A DNA stretch of 64,000 bases from Acanthaster planci (GCF_001949145.1 NW_019091357.1:3076859-3140858); one strand, 5' to 3'; shown: positions 12,576-25,500, counted from the first letter of the stretch. Translations and numbers: made by a program. The notes: generated by a model from the letters alone, not told the origin.

Positions 12576-12605
12576 AAAAAACAACAACTTCAAATACGCT
12601 TGAAG
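12576..12605 (+). CDS. Receptor A candidate 30-nt exon 2 (EKTTTSNTLE)
   Basis: TTTTCTTTGCTCGGGTAG acceptor, AAG|GTAAGA donor, phase 1-1, no stop, Thr-rich linker. Confidence 0.5.
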
Positions 12606-14996
12606 GTAAGAATTTACTGTGTGTGTAGAAATGGTATACAAGGAACTAATGCACTACATGTGCCCCTTTACTTATTTTCCCTTATACACAACATAGGGAC
12701 AAGCGCTGACGGCATGCTGTTTTATTATTAACAACGGAAACCCATATCCTTGTAGCAGGTTCACCACTTGTGTATTTCAGGAAAGCGGGTTGACAAACAC
12801 AAAACCAATTAACTTGAATGTTAACTCCAGGTTGTCGACTGAAGGAAAGAAGTAGCTCTCATAAAACCAACACAAAAAGCCAAAGGAACTCGCATCAAAC
12901 CAAAACAACAGCAGCAGGAAGAAGATCGAATGCAAAAATATGCCTTTGTGCGCACTTGAGGAATTGATTTCGAATAGCTTGATCAGTGTATTTCTGAATG
13001 ACAACGACAAACGAGTGAATGAAAGCATTCCTTTGCGTAAGCCTGCATATACGTTTTCGTAACGACAAAGATAGTGAAAGATGAGTTTAATGATGTGACT
13101 GAGTCAAGACAGTAGGCTTTTTTGCCTGCTGAAGCAACGCATTACGTAGTTGGGTCAAGCTGCAATCACCACAAATCAGATCCGATGAGTTGCACAGAGC
13201 TATTTTGTGTAAACAAAAATTGGTAATGAAAAGTCCTCATTGTTATCTATTTGTTTGCTGGCGGAATCAAAGCAAATACAAAGGTTGTGACGGACACTAA
13301 AGGAAATTTCCTGGCATTTCAAATTTAGCCCTGGTGCCCAGCCCCAAACCTTTCCAGCCCAGCTTTTCTTTCGCTGCCGACGGAAGTGTCTTCGAGTTCC
13401 GATATTTGTAGCAGGCCACTCTTATCCCACTGGCATCTAATATTAAAACTCTGTACGGCACATTCACTGCCTTAAAAGCCAAATAGCCTCGTCCCCCTGG
13501 AGTTCTCATGGTACCGAACCCATAGCTCTCTACCTTAACAATGATGGTCACATGCCTTGCTCAGGGACATACCATCTGAGTGTATACAGAATCAACCTTA
13601 AACAGGGTATGCAGGTTATAATTGCTTAACCCTAACACTCCCAAATCCTCCAATTTCAATACGATTTTACATACACCCTCGGGGGTTAGGGTTAAGGGTC
13701 CCTGAAGGCAATGAATTCTGGGAAATGCCGTCGTGGATCATTTTACTAACACGAGTTGGCAGCCAAACTTGCAGACGCTATTGTGCTGTCAGTTTCGTCC
13801 ATAAATCTGACTGAAGTGACGCAACTGGCTCAGCTGCAATGCAGCCCTAACCTTTGACTCCCCAGTCTGTTGGTGTGGATACTGATGACCTGAGAGACAT
13901 TGGCTCCGATGACTGGACCTCCTGTTTGTACCAGAACCTTGCGATTTTATTTGTGTCGCAAAAACCCCTGGCTGGGTTGTTTATCAGAAGGATATTTTCA
14001 AGCTCTATTTTTTTTACTAGAGACTGTTGAGAATCGACAAAAATTCGAGTGGGAGACCAAATCGACATAACCAAACATGACCAGACATGCAAACGGCAGC
14101 AGGCAAGCCCGGTCATGTTTGGGTGCTTGGTTGTGGTGTGTGCGCCGGAGTGGTTAGAATTCGGCCAATAAAGCAACGGCCTTCCCCTCCAAAGGACTCC
14201 AAACAAGCAAAACAAAACCCCGAGTTGCCATTTAGGTCAACGACCGCAATAAACACAGCGACACGAAGTAAACAAATTTTCTTTTGAACTGGTCAGGTGA
14301 AAGGTTTTAGGCACTGTTTGCTGAAGTTGCTTACAGCCAATAAATAACACGCAACATTTAAATCCAACGCATCCGGGATCGATTCAGATGGCTTCTGATT
14401 TAATTTTTTTTGTTACTGAATTCAATATCATCTCTACTTAATCATTTGAGCACATGCTCAGCCCTTGTTCACGCTAAGTGACTCATAACTACACTATTAC
14501 TTGAAAATGCCAACGATTAAGCACTTCCTCCGATTAGGAAAACATCGTCTGAAAGCTCCGTTAATAATCTTTGTCACCTTGTCTTGTCAGTTCTGCCATT
14601 TTGGGGGAGATATGCCGAGACGTCTGGGAACAGGCAACGTACAATTGTTGAACTCAATCCGTGCTGGACTTCCAAGCACAAAAAGGCTTCGGGTTTTGTG
14701 CAGGACAGACAAGCTTTACCTTGAAGCGGATGGGGTTCATTATGTGCGGCAAATGATTTTACAGTTTTGTCCTTAAAACATAGACAACGAATTAGCACTG
14801 AAAAGTGAAAAAACCTGTCCTACCCAAATATACTGGGGAAAACTCACAATACAGATCCTAAGCATAATGACTTCAGAGGAATTGAGCACAGCCAAACTTA
14901 TCAAGGGAAGCCAGCCCTGGCGAAAGTCAGGGAGTACACAGCATGGAAATTCTGCACAAAAACTGAGCTTTGAGCAATGATTTTGCAATTTTTCAG

Positions 14997-15095
14997 CCTC
15001 GACGGGTTTAGAAACTTTTGATGGCATCGGCAGAGCAAGACTTCCTGATTTTCAATGCGGCGGCTCGGGTTGGTCCATCGAACAAACAAATGAAG
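14997..15095 (+). CDS. Receptor A MAM exon 1
   Basis: TTTTTCAG acceptor, G|GTGAGT donor, phase 1-1. ASTGLETFDGIGRARLPDFQCGGSGWSIEQTNE resembles the MAM start (xTFD...CxxW). Confidence 0.75.
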
Positions 15096-15655
15096 GTGAG
15101 TGAAAGAACCTGTTGTAAACAACAACCGTGAAGCCGCTATACTGATCAGAACAGCAAACTTCCCTTCGACAAAACACACCAAACAGGATATCGATATTTT
15201 GGCAGCTAAGGACAGGTCTGCTGCAAACTGGACATGATCGAGTCGACAAGTCTGTGCATGCTCTGTTCACGATGAGAACTTTGACAGGAAAGTTAAAACA
15301 ACAGCACAAACCCTACGTGCATCCATAAGAGCACTGGATGTCGGAGGGGCAAGACCGACAGGACTCAGGAACAAAACTCGGGTCAGAGTCGAGCGACGAA
15401 CACTGCAGCTGTTCTATAGGGGGCCTATTCGTTCCCTGGTAACGTGCACAAAATACACCAACGTACCAAGCGTAATCGACCAGTGGCTGAAAAATAATGG
15501 CCATGTCTCGAACTTGCCTGAGTTTACACAGAATCGCGCAAGTGTCGACTCCAAGTGCAGAGCAAATAAGACTCTTTGTCTGTGTTGCCTAGTGTGACCT
15601 ACAGGGTGAAAACCGGATCCACGAGTAAGTGTTTTCATTCGCTTTTTTTGTACAG

Positions 15656-15927
15656 GGAATCGGGCGATTGCCACATGCTCTTCCAGGTGCTCGCACAATA
15701 CAACGGTCCTGGAAGGCGCCGTCTCCACCTTCGGCACCACCACGGTGTCCTTCAACTACGCCCTCAACGTGAGAGACGCAACCAGTTTACAGCAACGTCC
15801 CGTTCTTAAGGTCTTCTGCCAGACTTGTTACGCATTTCAAGCGTGGTCGTCAGAGGCAAGTGATCCAAGCAATGGAGACTGGGTGACTGCCGAGGTCAGG
15901 GTTAAACCGTTGCGTTCTACATTCGCC
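15656..15927 (+). CDS. Receptor A MAM exon 2
   Basis: TTTTTTTGTACAG acceptor, GCC|GTAAGT donor, phase 1-0. GNRAIATCSSRC...TVSFNYAL...VLKVFCQ...GDWVTAEVRVKPLRSTFA shows the MAM core pattern (xxFxY, LxV, W-xx-A-x-V). Confidence 0.8.
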
Positions 15928-16834
15928 GTAAGTGACTTTTTTTGTCCCTTCACCACGTCACACTCGGTTATCAGTGCGTTCAATATTACTTCCCTCGCGC
16001 TTACTCGTGAAAGCGCGACTGTTTTCGATTTGACACCCACGTGACTACTTGTGCTTACTCGGGCGTGGCCCACCTAACTTACCCGCCGAGGCGGTTACTT
16101 GGGGAAGTATCCCATAACGTAACATTCTGGCTTAGTCAAACCATGGAGGAACCTTGCGAAGAAAACTTAACACCATTGTAAACAAATCAAAGACCTGTTA
16201 ATTGTATAGTGACAAATCGGCTCGGGTCAAGTAAGTTCGGTGAAAGGCAAGAAATGTGATATCTTTTTCTTTCCAACATTTTTGCTAAACAATTGACGTA
16301 TGACCTCGGAGGCACCTCGAATAACCCGAGATCATCTTATTATCACATATTGCGCATGCTCACCTAAACCTATGACAACGTACGTGAGCGTGGAAGAAGT
16401 ATTCGAACACCCTGCACAACTGTTATTTGCGCACATTGAAACGAGTTTGACAAGTGACGATAATTAGCGAAACTGATACCGGGTATAAATTTTGGGGTAC
16501 TTGGGATGGTGTTGATGAGGATAAAAGAAACCAAACTCAGTCACGCGTTTTGACCAGGGGTGCGCCCTACGACAGGTGCGACCAACCTCAAAACTAAAAA
16601 TAAGTGGTAGTAGTGTAGTAACGCACAGAAGCGCCCTCAAGAGTCTCCAGAATTTGAATTGCATTTAACCGTGCAACCAGGCGGGAAGATGGTTAAGTGG
16701 ACGTAAAGCTCTGTGAGCAGCCTCGCTTTTCGGACGGTGTCTGTCCACTAACCTCCATATAATAACGAGGAGAAGAAAGATCTTTGATGCAGATTTACGA
16801 AATGACTTTTTGTCGTTCCCTCCTTGTCACACAG

Positions 16835-16916
16835 TTAATCCTCGAGGCCAACCTTGAAGAAAGCGGTCAAGTCATAGGAGTGGACAACGTGATGGTCAAA
16901 GACGGCAAAAAACAAG
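16835..16916 (+). CDS. Receptor A MAM exon 3
   Basis: Pyrimidine tract plus ACAG, AAG|GTACAC donor, phase 0-1. LILEANLEESGQVIGVDNVMVKDGKKQ matches the MAM C-terminal xxFEa...IAxDDI pattern. Confidence 0.8.
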
Positions 16917-17402
16917 GTACACTGGGTGTCGGTCGTACTTGTTTAAATAAAAGTCGTGGACCTTTGGCAGAATGAAGCCAATAATAAGAGAGTACAGGCG
17001 AAATCGAATGCAGGTGGATCAAAGGCAATGGGAGCCAACCACTTTGTATACAATTGTGGCGTCAAAACAATGTTGGGCTCGAGTAGACCACCCTTCCACT
17101 TGAAAGTCAACCTCTTCCTCAAAATTGTCTTGCATCTAATCAGCATTACGTCTTTTCTACACGTGCTTGCACTCAAGTACACATTCATATTGAAGCCTCC
17201 AAAATCATTTTCTTTCACACTTAACAATTCCAACTTGAATCAGCCACCTCCAAACATAAACGCTCTAAAAGTGTAGGCGTTTGTATAGAGGAGAGGACCT
17301 AAGGCTGAACACTTTTTCATCTGCCAGGAGAGACCGGCATCCACATTATTGACATTTTGAAAAAAGAAGAAGTGTATATAAAATCTGGTGTCATTTTTAT
17401 AG

Positions 17403-17513
17403 TACCACCAAGCCCTACAATTCCGCTCGAGCATCCCTCCAACTGCTTCTTGGAGGATTGGATCTCAACCGACATGCCTACTGATGGTGACGAGTCAGCG
17501 TTTCAATCGACAG
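17403..17513 (+). CDS. Receptor A stalk exon 1
   Basis: TTTTTATAG acceptor, CAG|GTAGGT donor, phase 1-1, open: VPPSPTIPLEHPSNCFLEDWISTDMPTDGDESAFQST. Confidence 0.7.
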
Positions 17514-18030
17514 GTAGGTTTGTCAAACTCAAATAACGCCAGCTCCTGCGCTCTGAAAGGTCGCCGGCTGTCCAAACTGATCGTGCCCATCGCACACGTT
17601 GCTTAAGTCACAGCGTCCAATACACAGGAAACACTTAACGTGTTTAAGCCACGCGTCCGATTAAGTCCAGGCAGAAGTGTGCAAGAAACAGTTCCTGGAG
17701 GTCATTGTATTTCATAATTATTATCTGCTGTGATCTAAAACTTGATACATATTAGATTTTGCTTCTTGTCCAATCAGCTCAATGGAAACGCATATGCTAG
17801 CCTAAGATTCATATCAAAAAGTAATACCTTGGGCCCATATCACTCGAAAGCGAGGTAAAAACCGATGAGTTACAGTGTTTCATGAAGAAATCCTACATGT
17901 AAAATGATAAAAAGTCAAACTACTAATCACAAAATGAAACCACTCTTTCTTATAAACAAGAGGTAATTATTCCACACAGTTTGTTCAAACTGTTCTCGTT
18001 ACAATTTTACTTTTACCCAAACGAATCCAG

Positions 18031-18093
18031 ACGAAACGGCTTCATACCCATCTGATGTCTCCCCAGAAAACACCTTTGGACTCCTTGATAATG
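18031..18093 (+). CDS. Receptor A stalk exon 2
   Basis: TCCAG acceptor, ATG|GTGAGT donor, phase 1-1, open: DETASYPSDVSPENTFGLLDN. Confidence 0.7.
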
Positions 18094-18752
18094 GTGAGTG
18101 GCGCGAGATCTAGCAGAAGATGGAAGACAGAAGTGGCTTTGTGTTGATGGATGTTAACTGTGCTTTAAACCTTTTTCCTCGAACATTGTGCACAGTACTT
18201 TGAGACAGAGACAGTGCGTTTTGAAGTCACTGAGTCCGTGTAAAATGTTCAGCGATCAGGATGTTGCATGACCTTCTGTTTGCAATGCTAGCTGTTAGCT
18301 GGGCACTGTCTCCTCGCAGACACTTAATTGGTCCATACTTGCCGCCGGTCACCCAGCGGTGCGCATGAGAAATGACACTTGGTGGCGTTACGTGCTATGA
18401 ATTGACATCTAATCAAGGGAAATATTACCATTCTCAGCCGTTTTGGGCCACTGAAACCGGAGATAAACGCTGGTCGTATGAGGTGTGTCGACTCAAAACA
18501 AGTTGTGCACTAACTTTAAAACGTATGATTTGTTGTCCAAGATGCACTTTCAGTAACTTGCTTTTTACGTCGCCACCCCCACCCCGAAATGAAACAACCG
18601 TTTTTTTCCCGTACGTTTTCTGACGGTCTACGAATGAGTGGGAAACGTGAGACAGTGGCTTATGACGTGCACATGTATCAATTTCCATTTCTGTCCCATA
18701 TGGCCAGCCTGCTGGCCAAGACACTGACATCATTCCTTTATGTCTTGGACAG

Positions 18753-18849
18753 AGACAACGCTGCTGCTTGCCCAGATCTTGGCCATTTTGTCTGTATCTG
18801 TCTGCTTCATCACCGTTGGCATCCACTGTTTTATTTGGAGAAAACAGAG
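18753..18849 (+). CDS. Receptor A transmembrane exon (97 nt)
   Basis: ETTLLLAQILAILSVSVCFITVGIHCFIWRKQ(R); GACAG acceptor, GAG|GTGGGT donor, phase 1-2; basic stop-transfer residues follow the helix. Confidence 0.85.
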
Positions 18850-19129
18850 GTGGGTACCGAAGTACACATTTATGTCGTTGCTCAGTAAAGCAGAGACATT
18901 CCTACACGGCTCAAGTGTGCATTTTGCAATGCGAAATCCACCTGAAATGACACTTCTAAGAATTAACCCACTCCCATGATGATTTTCTGAGAATGATATT
19001 ATCTATCTTTACCATGTGCAGATATCATTCATTAAATGTACTTAATTTTCAATCAGCAACGAACACGACACCTATAGACGACGATTCACTTCCAAATTTG
19101 TCATTGGATGGAAAATATTGTTTGCACAG

Positions 19130-20261
19130 GCGGATGAACCAAAGTACTAGCATTGTCCCTCTGCGGTCGAAACCAACCTCAGACGAGCCGCACGACAGCA
19201 TGTTGCTCGAGATGGACTTGGTGGCATCAGACGAACCTGACCAGCCTTGCAGCAACAGCCTAGGCGAGCCCACCAGCTCGAAATATCTTCAGCAACTGCA
19301 AGACTCAGACATACTGCTGCAGCCGGACCCACGTCGGGCGACCGTAAGCCACGGATCGTCCTCCACGGCACGAAGCCCGGCTGTCCAGGCGGACGAAGAG
19401 GACGACAGCGATGACGATCAACAGCGTCCTCATCCGAGGACTAAGAGCCTGCCCTGCAGACCGCCGGTGAACGTTTACGAGTCCATCGATGAGGTCAGTA
19501 AGTACCAGCCGCTGACCTTCGGCAAGCGGCCCGCCCCGGGCCCACCGGGGCTTCCCAAGGGAAAGCGACTGCAAACTCGCAGTAAGGGTGTGCAAAATTT
19601 GGCCGCCGTCAAGAAGTACAGGCCCTCCTCTGTGCAGTACGAGGAGGTAGGAAACCGCAAGAACGGCTTGCTGCAACTGGATGAACCCAGAGATCGGAGC
19701 AAGTCGGCCTCCCACTACGATTACGTCAAGAGGAAGTCGGTCACGCAGAGCCCCAGGCGCAACGGGTGGAAGTATGGCCAGGCACAGCGCCCCAAGGGTC
19801 GCGCTCCTGCACCGCCAACGAGGCCGCTGTACGATGAACCCGTGCGGAGATCCCGGCCGGTGGTTAAGGTCGACAGCGCACCGACCTTGCTCCAGCAGAA
19901 CCAGGAGTCATCAGCTGGAGAGGGCCTCCAAACAGACTACGAGAACACCCTGGAAAAGCCAAAGGTCACCTACGACAGACCACGCACGATTAATGAGAAC
20001 ATCGCGGAAAAGCCCACGGGGAACTCCCAGTACTTCACGCTAGAGCCACCCGTCGGAAGATACGCTACAAGCGAGGACTCGGACGATGAACGTGAAAGTG
20101 AGAGAGATATTAGCCGGTTCGAGGACGCAGAAGAGGAAATCATTCCAAACGGCACAACCGCGATCTCTCTACGCCCTCTGTCTGTCAGCGCACCGATTAA
20201 CATACCGCCCTCAAAGCCAAACAAGATGGCCGACTTCGACGAGGAGTCTTCACGTCTGTAA
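19130..20261 (+). CDS. Receptor A terminal exon, ~376-aa disordered cytoplasmic tail
   Basis: Part of the 422-aa ORF. Phase-2 acceptor TTTGCACAG|G at 19129/19130 coincides with a shift to GC-rich codons (alternative phase-2 acceptor at 19021/19022). Stop TAA 20259-20261; AATAAA at 20577-20582. Confidence 0.85.
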
Positions 20262-22354
20262 GGCAGACTCATTGTCAAGGGAAACCTTGAACTGTTGTTC
20301 CACATCAAAACTTTCTAAGGCAAGTCTTACGAACTTGGTTTGAAAAATATGTGTATAAACGGTGATTCAATTAAGTCGTTGTTGTGTGTAACTAATTAAT
20401 TACTTGATTTTTATTCTTCAAATAATTATTGGTCAAGGAGATGTCTGGCTCACCCAGCTAATGTTCACGGGAGAATTCAGGAGGAATAATAGATCTTTCA
20501 TAACGACACCATGCAGCGCGGAAAATGAAGATTAAAATGTTCTCTGTAATTATTTATTCATAATTTATATTTTTCAAATAAACTTTACAAGGCACCAAAC
20601 GCGATTTTAAAATCTATAAATTTAATGGTGCTGGTCTACTGGGCAACGCAAACGTGAAAGGAAAAAGTTCAGTGACCTGACTGCACGGCCAACAGAAATA
20701 AATTGGCATCGAGTAGATATCACAGAGTAGGAAAAAAAATACGTTCTTACTTCTACCAGATTACAATGCTTGCCAGAAAACTACGAAGGTCTGAAAACCT
20801 CGAGATGTCCTCACATGGTAGTTTAAGCAGTGGGAGATCAAGATTAGTTTCAATCCAGGAATACGGGAAAACATGGTAGGCCATGCCCCCTCTTTACTCC
20901 GTATTTCTTTAGTTGAGTCCCCAGTGGGTTTAAATTGTATCCTACCAGATTGGCATGTACACGCCTCCGGCTGTTTCGGGCCTGTGGCTGAAGTCTTTTA
21001 GGACTATACCAGTTTTACCAGCTCCCCTTGCCAAGTAGTGCCAACCTCAACTTCACAAATTAGACAAATGGCAAGCAATCGCTAAGATTTCAGAAGCCTT
21101 TCGTTTTGGGCGGGTCACTGTGTACAATGTGTGTTCCGGGACCCAGTTGTCGACTATTTGCCTGGCTGTGGATCGATGGTGAAAAAAGCGGGGATTTCTC
21201 TCACAGCAACACGAATGTGGCACAGAATTTCCGCTTGTGAAACTAATAATCATAGAGGAATGCAAACTTACCGTATTTAGTTATAGTTCACTATTTGAAA
21301 CCACATCCCATGTTTAGCTAACTGGTCAGCATATCACAAAAAAAGAGATTCGCAACTTTTGCAAGAGAGTGGCACTATTCCGTTGAAGCAGTTTTGTCTA
21401 TTGTAAATTACGATCAGCAGTCATGTAATGGTGTATTACACTGAGATTATATACTCGAAATTGTGGATAAATTGATAAACAAATAGGCCTACTAAAGCCT
21501 ATCTGGGTGATATCGTCTAAGTTTTTTTTTATGTTTCCACTGAGAAAACAGGTTTAACTCTAAATTCAGCAATTGTTTGGACAGGTTAAGATCAACACCA
21601 AACATTCTGTTGCAAAAAAAATTAAATATACGCCGGAAAATACTAAAGGTACTATAACTTTTTGCTTAGTTGCTGCTCTACGTCTAAAAAATCTTCAAGG
21701 TGGTTGTTTCTATCTGAACACCCACTTTGTCTAAGAATAGCACTTCTTAATGCACATCCCGTCACTCGAATGTGTACCAGACAAAACAACCCGCGTGTAT
21801 GTTATGTGTGTTCCAAAGACCACAACCTGCCTGCCTTATAACAGGAAACCTATGGAAGTGCCCTAAGAAGGCACTGAGCTTTGGCGTTAAGGAGCTCCAA
21901 CTAAGCTCGAAGAGGATATGTCGGGCAAGCCGCTGAAGAGAACCGATATCCCTGCTTTGCACATGGATGACAATGCAGCAAAGACAATGTCACGATTTAC
22001 CTGAGGTGGGATCCATTGCGAAGGGTCGGAGGCCACTCATTTCAATGTAATTCTAGTCTTTCTACTCAACTGCATTTAGCCCTATACCATCAATTTCTGA
22101 ACATATACATCGCAGCAAAATTTCCCCGGCATTGAACAAATGCAAATCGGTAAAAAGGACGGAGTCAGGAAATAGACTTAATGACGTTCGGTTACAAAAA
22201 ACCCACACGACAGTCCGTCTTTTTTTTTTTGTGCATCATTTCTGCCATCTTGCTTTTGATCCAAGGGTATGCACAAAAAGGTTTCTTTTCTGCCCTGTGG
22301 AACAGAAGAACTTCCCTGGAGAACGGTTACCATGCAAAGCCTTTGCTGACCTTT

Positions 22355-22540
22355 CCGCCTCAAGCAGAAGCACCCCTCATCGGTTGAAAGAAGCCATACT
22401 CGGCGGGAGTGTTCGTTTTGTTGGAAGCGATGCGACCGCAACGCGTACACTTCATCGTGAACCAGCGAAGTTCAGTTCCGACCGAAGGAGCCTCCGTTGC
22501 TAAGAAAACCACGCCCTCTCCTGGTCGAGCTCGAGGTTCA
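22355..22540 (+). repeat. Dispersed repeat family 1, copy 2
   Basis: AGAAGCACCCCTCATCGGTTGAAAG...GTGAACCAGCGAAGTTCAGTTCCGACC...CGCCCTCTCCTGGTCGAGCTCGAGG. Confidence 0.85.
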
Positions 22541-25500
22541 CTGTGGATGCGCAAATATCCTCAATCGAGAAAGGGAAACTGATCATTTAATGCTGGCCTC
22601 TTATATGCCCGGCTGGGTACCAAACAGCAGCAGGTCTAGCAGTACACTGATTCCCTTCAGGCAATAAAATTTTCGACCAAAAAAAACAAACAAAAACAAC
22701 AGAGAAAAAAACAACACTTTTTTATTCTTTCCACAGAATTAACCTATTCTTTTTTACCTGCTGAGCCCAATATGAAAAAAAGTCTCACTAGAAGAGAGAA
22801 AATATACTAGCATCTACAATAAATTACAAAACACCAAGTATTCAGTGATATAAGTAATGTTGCATTTTCAGAATGAGAAGTAAGAAGTAATAGTTTGGAA
22901 CATGATAAGCAAAGCTAAAGCCCGTGATTTTTTTTTTTCGTAACAGTGGGACATCAGGTATGTTTTTCTTCAAGGATGAATTAAAAAAACTCAACCTCGG
23001 CGACTCGGTTCACCTATAAATCTCATTATTTAAATGAAGGTAACGAAAAAACGGATGCCTGCTCGTAGTTTAATGAAACGGATAAAGTTTGGACTTATTG
23101 ACACCTGTTACTGCGTAAAAATTGAAGTTGTCTTCAAGGCAGCCACGGATTAAGAAGAGAGAGATGGACAAGGTACGAGGGGAAGCTTTGGTTAAGTCTT
23201 TTTGACGGTTTGCGACAGATCCCGGCAGCTGCACCACTTTGCCACGTGACCAGGAGGTGACTCATCCGCACTCCTTTCACGGGAAAGCAGCCGAGTGGTT
23301 AGACTGGCCAAGAAGCCCTCCGTCTGGAAAAATCTCATCAGACGACTGTTCTGAAGGTTGTAAACCGCACTTAATCTTGTTGTAAGCTACGTTTGTGGGT
23401 CCAAAGAACTACACGGAAGCTTGTTCATCAACTAATTGTCAAACTCATGTTACATTATAGGCCTACTTTGTTCCGCACCAAAGGCATTGGCAGCAGCTGT
23501 TGGCCCACTTCAATTTTGAAGTCCCCATCCATGATCATTCTAAACAGCAGTAAATGTTATAAGTTATTCTTCTGATGGTACCACTTGTTCCATACATTAC
23601 CATTTCCTAGGATTTTTTTGATAGCAGTCAGCAATACACTAGCTCTATTATACTATACTCCTTAAAACCGCCACTGCATATCTTTATACGCCAGCAAAGT
23701 CCAGTAAAACCCCACAAAGAAAAAAGGATATATATTAAACTGGTATAGTTCTAGGCAGGTGGGGGAAAACTGCTACAATTATACACTGAGTGAGCTCGAC
23801 AGTTTAAATGCTTCAGTCTGTCTGTGGTAACTTGATGGACTTTACAACCAGCGCTCACAGATGCTTGTCCAACCTTTGCTCAGTCTGACGAGTCTAGGAA
23901 AGTCCCGGGCTCCATAATGAACAGCCAAACCTCGCCGATGATGTCACTTTTACCGCTCTTTCCTGAGCGGCACCCCGCCAGATGGACTGTATATTACTAA
24001 CTCCACGCGCTCACTGCTGTGCGCTGTAAAGTCAACTCCACAACACCCCACGCCTTGGGACGACCACGGGGACTAATCTCAGTCAACTCGCCGGGGCCCT
24101 GTGCTCTCCACCGGGCGGTCCCGGACCGGGAATGAAGGTGGCCGGTCTTTTAGCCCATGGATTCGATTAAGTTGGACGTCTTTGACGTAAGTTGAACTTG
24201 CCAGATGGACATGTACGGAGTTCTTGGGGCGCTCCAACCACTCCTGTATCTGTTGGTTGTGAGCAGATGTGAAGCGAGCGAAGGTAATCAATCAGTTCAT
24301 TTGGCCAGAATACCTGTTTAAATTTTAAGTAATACTTTCAACCGAATAATAAAGTAAATTTTCGTCAACAACCGTTTTTGTTTATTTCTTAACAAATCAG
24401 CGAAAATTGGCAAGGCCATTTTAAAAGACCTACTTCGAAACAGTCAGTGTAGTGCACCATTTGATCGTTTCGAGTTTGCCTGTAAAGAAAGCTTGTTTGT
24501 GTTTCCTGTTATTCCACTGATGTCTAAAAGTAACAGGCTCATTGCAGTCATAATCCAATATCCTTATCATATTACTTGAGTGCTGTAACTTTTTGCTATC
24601 CGACGCGTATCATTGGCATCACGTAATCTTGTGGAAATGAAAAACGCTGAACACGTGTATGCGAGTATGATCACGATGTCACCACCCCATGAATATGACG
24701 CTACTCAAACACTTGGCAGGCTTTTCTTAAGCGCGCGTTTTAAATGAGTGAAGCATCCGGCCTGCTTGCCGATGTCTACCAAAGTAAAAATTTCTATGAC
24801 GGTTGAAAAGATTTGTCTTCAGAATCCCGACAGTACAAGACTGTTTTTACGCCCTCGTTTAAGCCCAAACTGAGTGCTTCACGACTGGTCTGAACATTTT
24901 TTGCAGTACATTTTTAGACATATGCAGAACGTTAAGACAACGTAAAGGCAAGCTAGATCAAGGAACACCCCCCCCCAGCTTGATGTCTTTCGGCAATGAG
25001 TTAAAGCTGCGCAGAGAGACAACTTTTAGGCATATTGCGTCGGACAGGTCTTGACGTTTTAAACCCAGACAATAAACTAATAGACAAGCAGACACTGCTG
25101 TACAGTTCATTGCATGCTCATTCCTTGCGCATGGGAAGAGAATGTCGAAGGAATAACAGGCTGCATACACCGTAACTTGTCATGTAGCATCTAAATATAG
25201 ACCAACTTTAATGTACTGTCAGATCTCAGTTAACATTCTCCAAGTCACATATCCCCTATGGTGATTATATTTCCGTCTTCTGACTGGCTTGCTGCCGCAA
25301 AGGGCGTTTAGCGCTACTTCAGTTAAAAAGGAGAAACCAGGTAATGATCGGTCCGACCAAAGGAAAGCTTACTTGTTTACTCGTGACTCCATGACTATAT
25401 ATGAGACATAGTTTGTGAAGCCAAACTTAATAACACTTTTGTCTGGACTGTACGGAGTGAATCCCAGGGGTGGTTTGCCCCAGAATATGTATATTATTCT

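Noticed and set aside
13620..13700. Telomeric repeat (AACCCTAAC / GGGTTAGGGTT)
   Set aside because: Only one or two units; not an array.
18993..19129. N-terminus of the 422-aa ORF as a stand-alone gene start
   Set aside because: AT-rich and ends in a phase-compatible acceptor; best read as intron upstream of the tail exon.
20250..20261. C-terminal SRL as a peroxisomal PTS1 signal
   Set aside because: The protein has a signal peptide and TM helix; a PDZ-binding reading is more consistent.
21985..22030. U1 snRNA-like words (TTACCTG, ATCCATTGC)
   Set aside because: Spacing is far too short and there is no Sm site or remaining U1 sequence.
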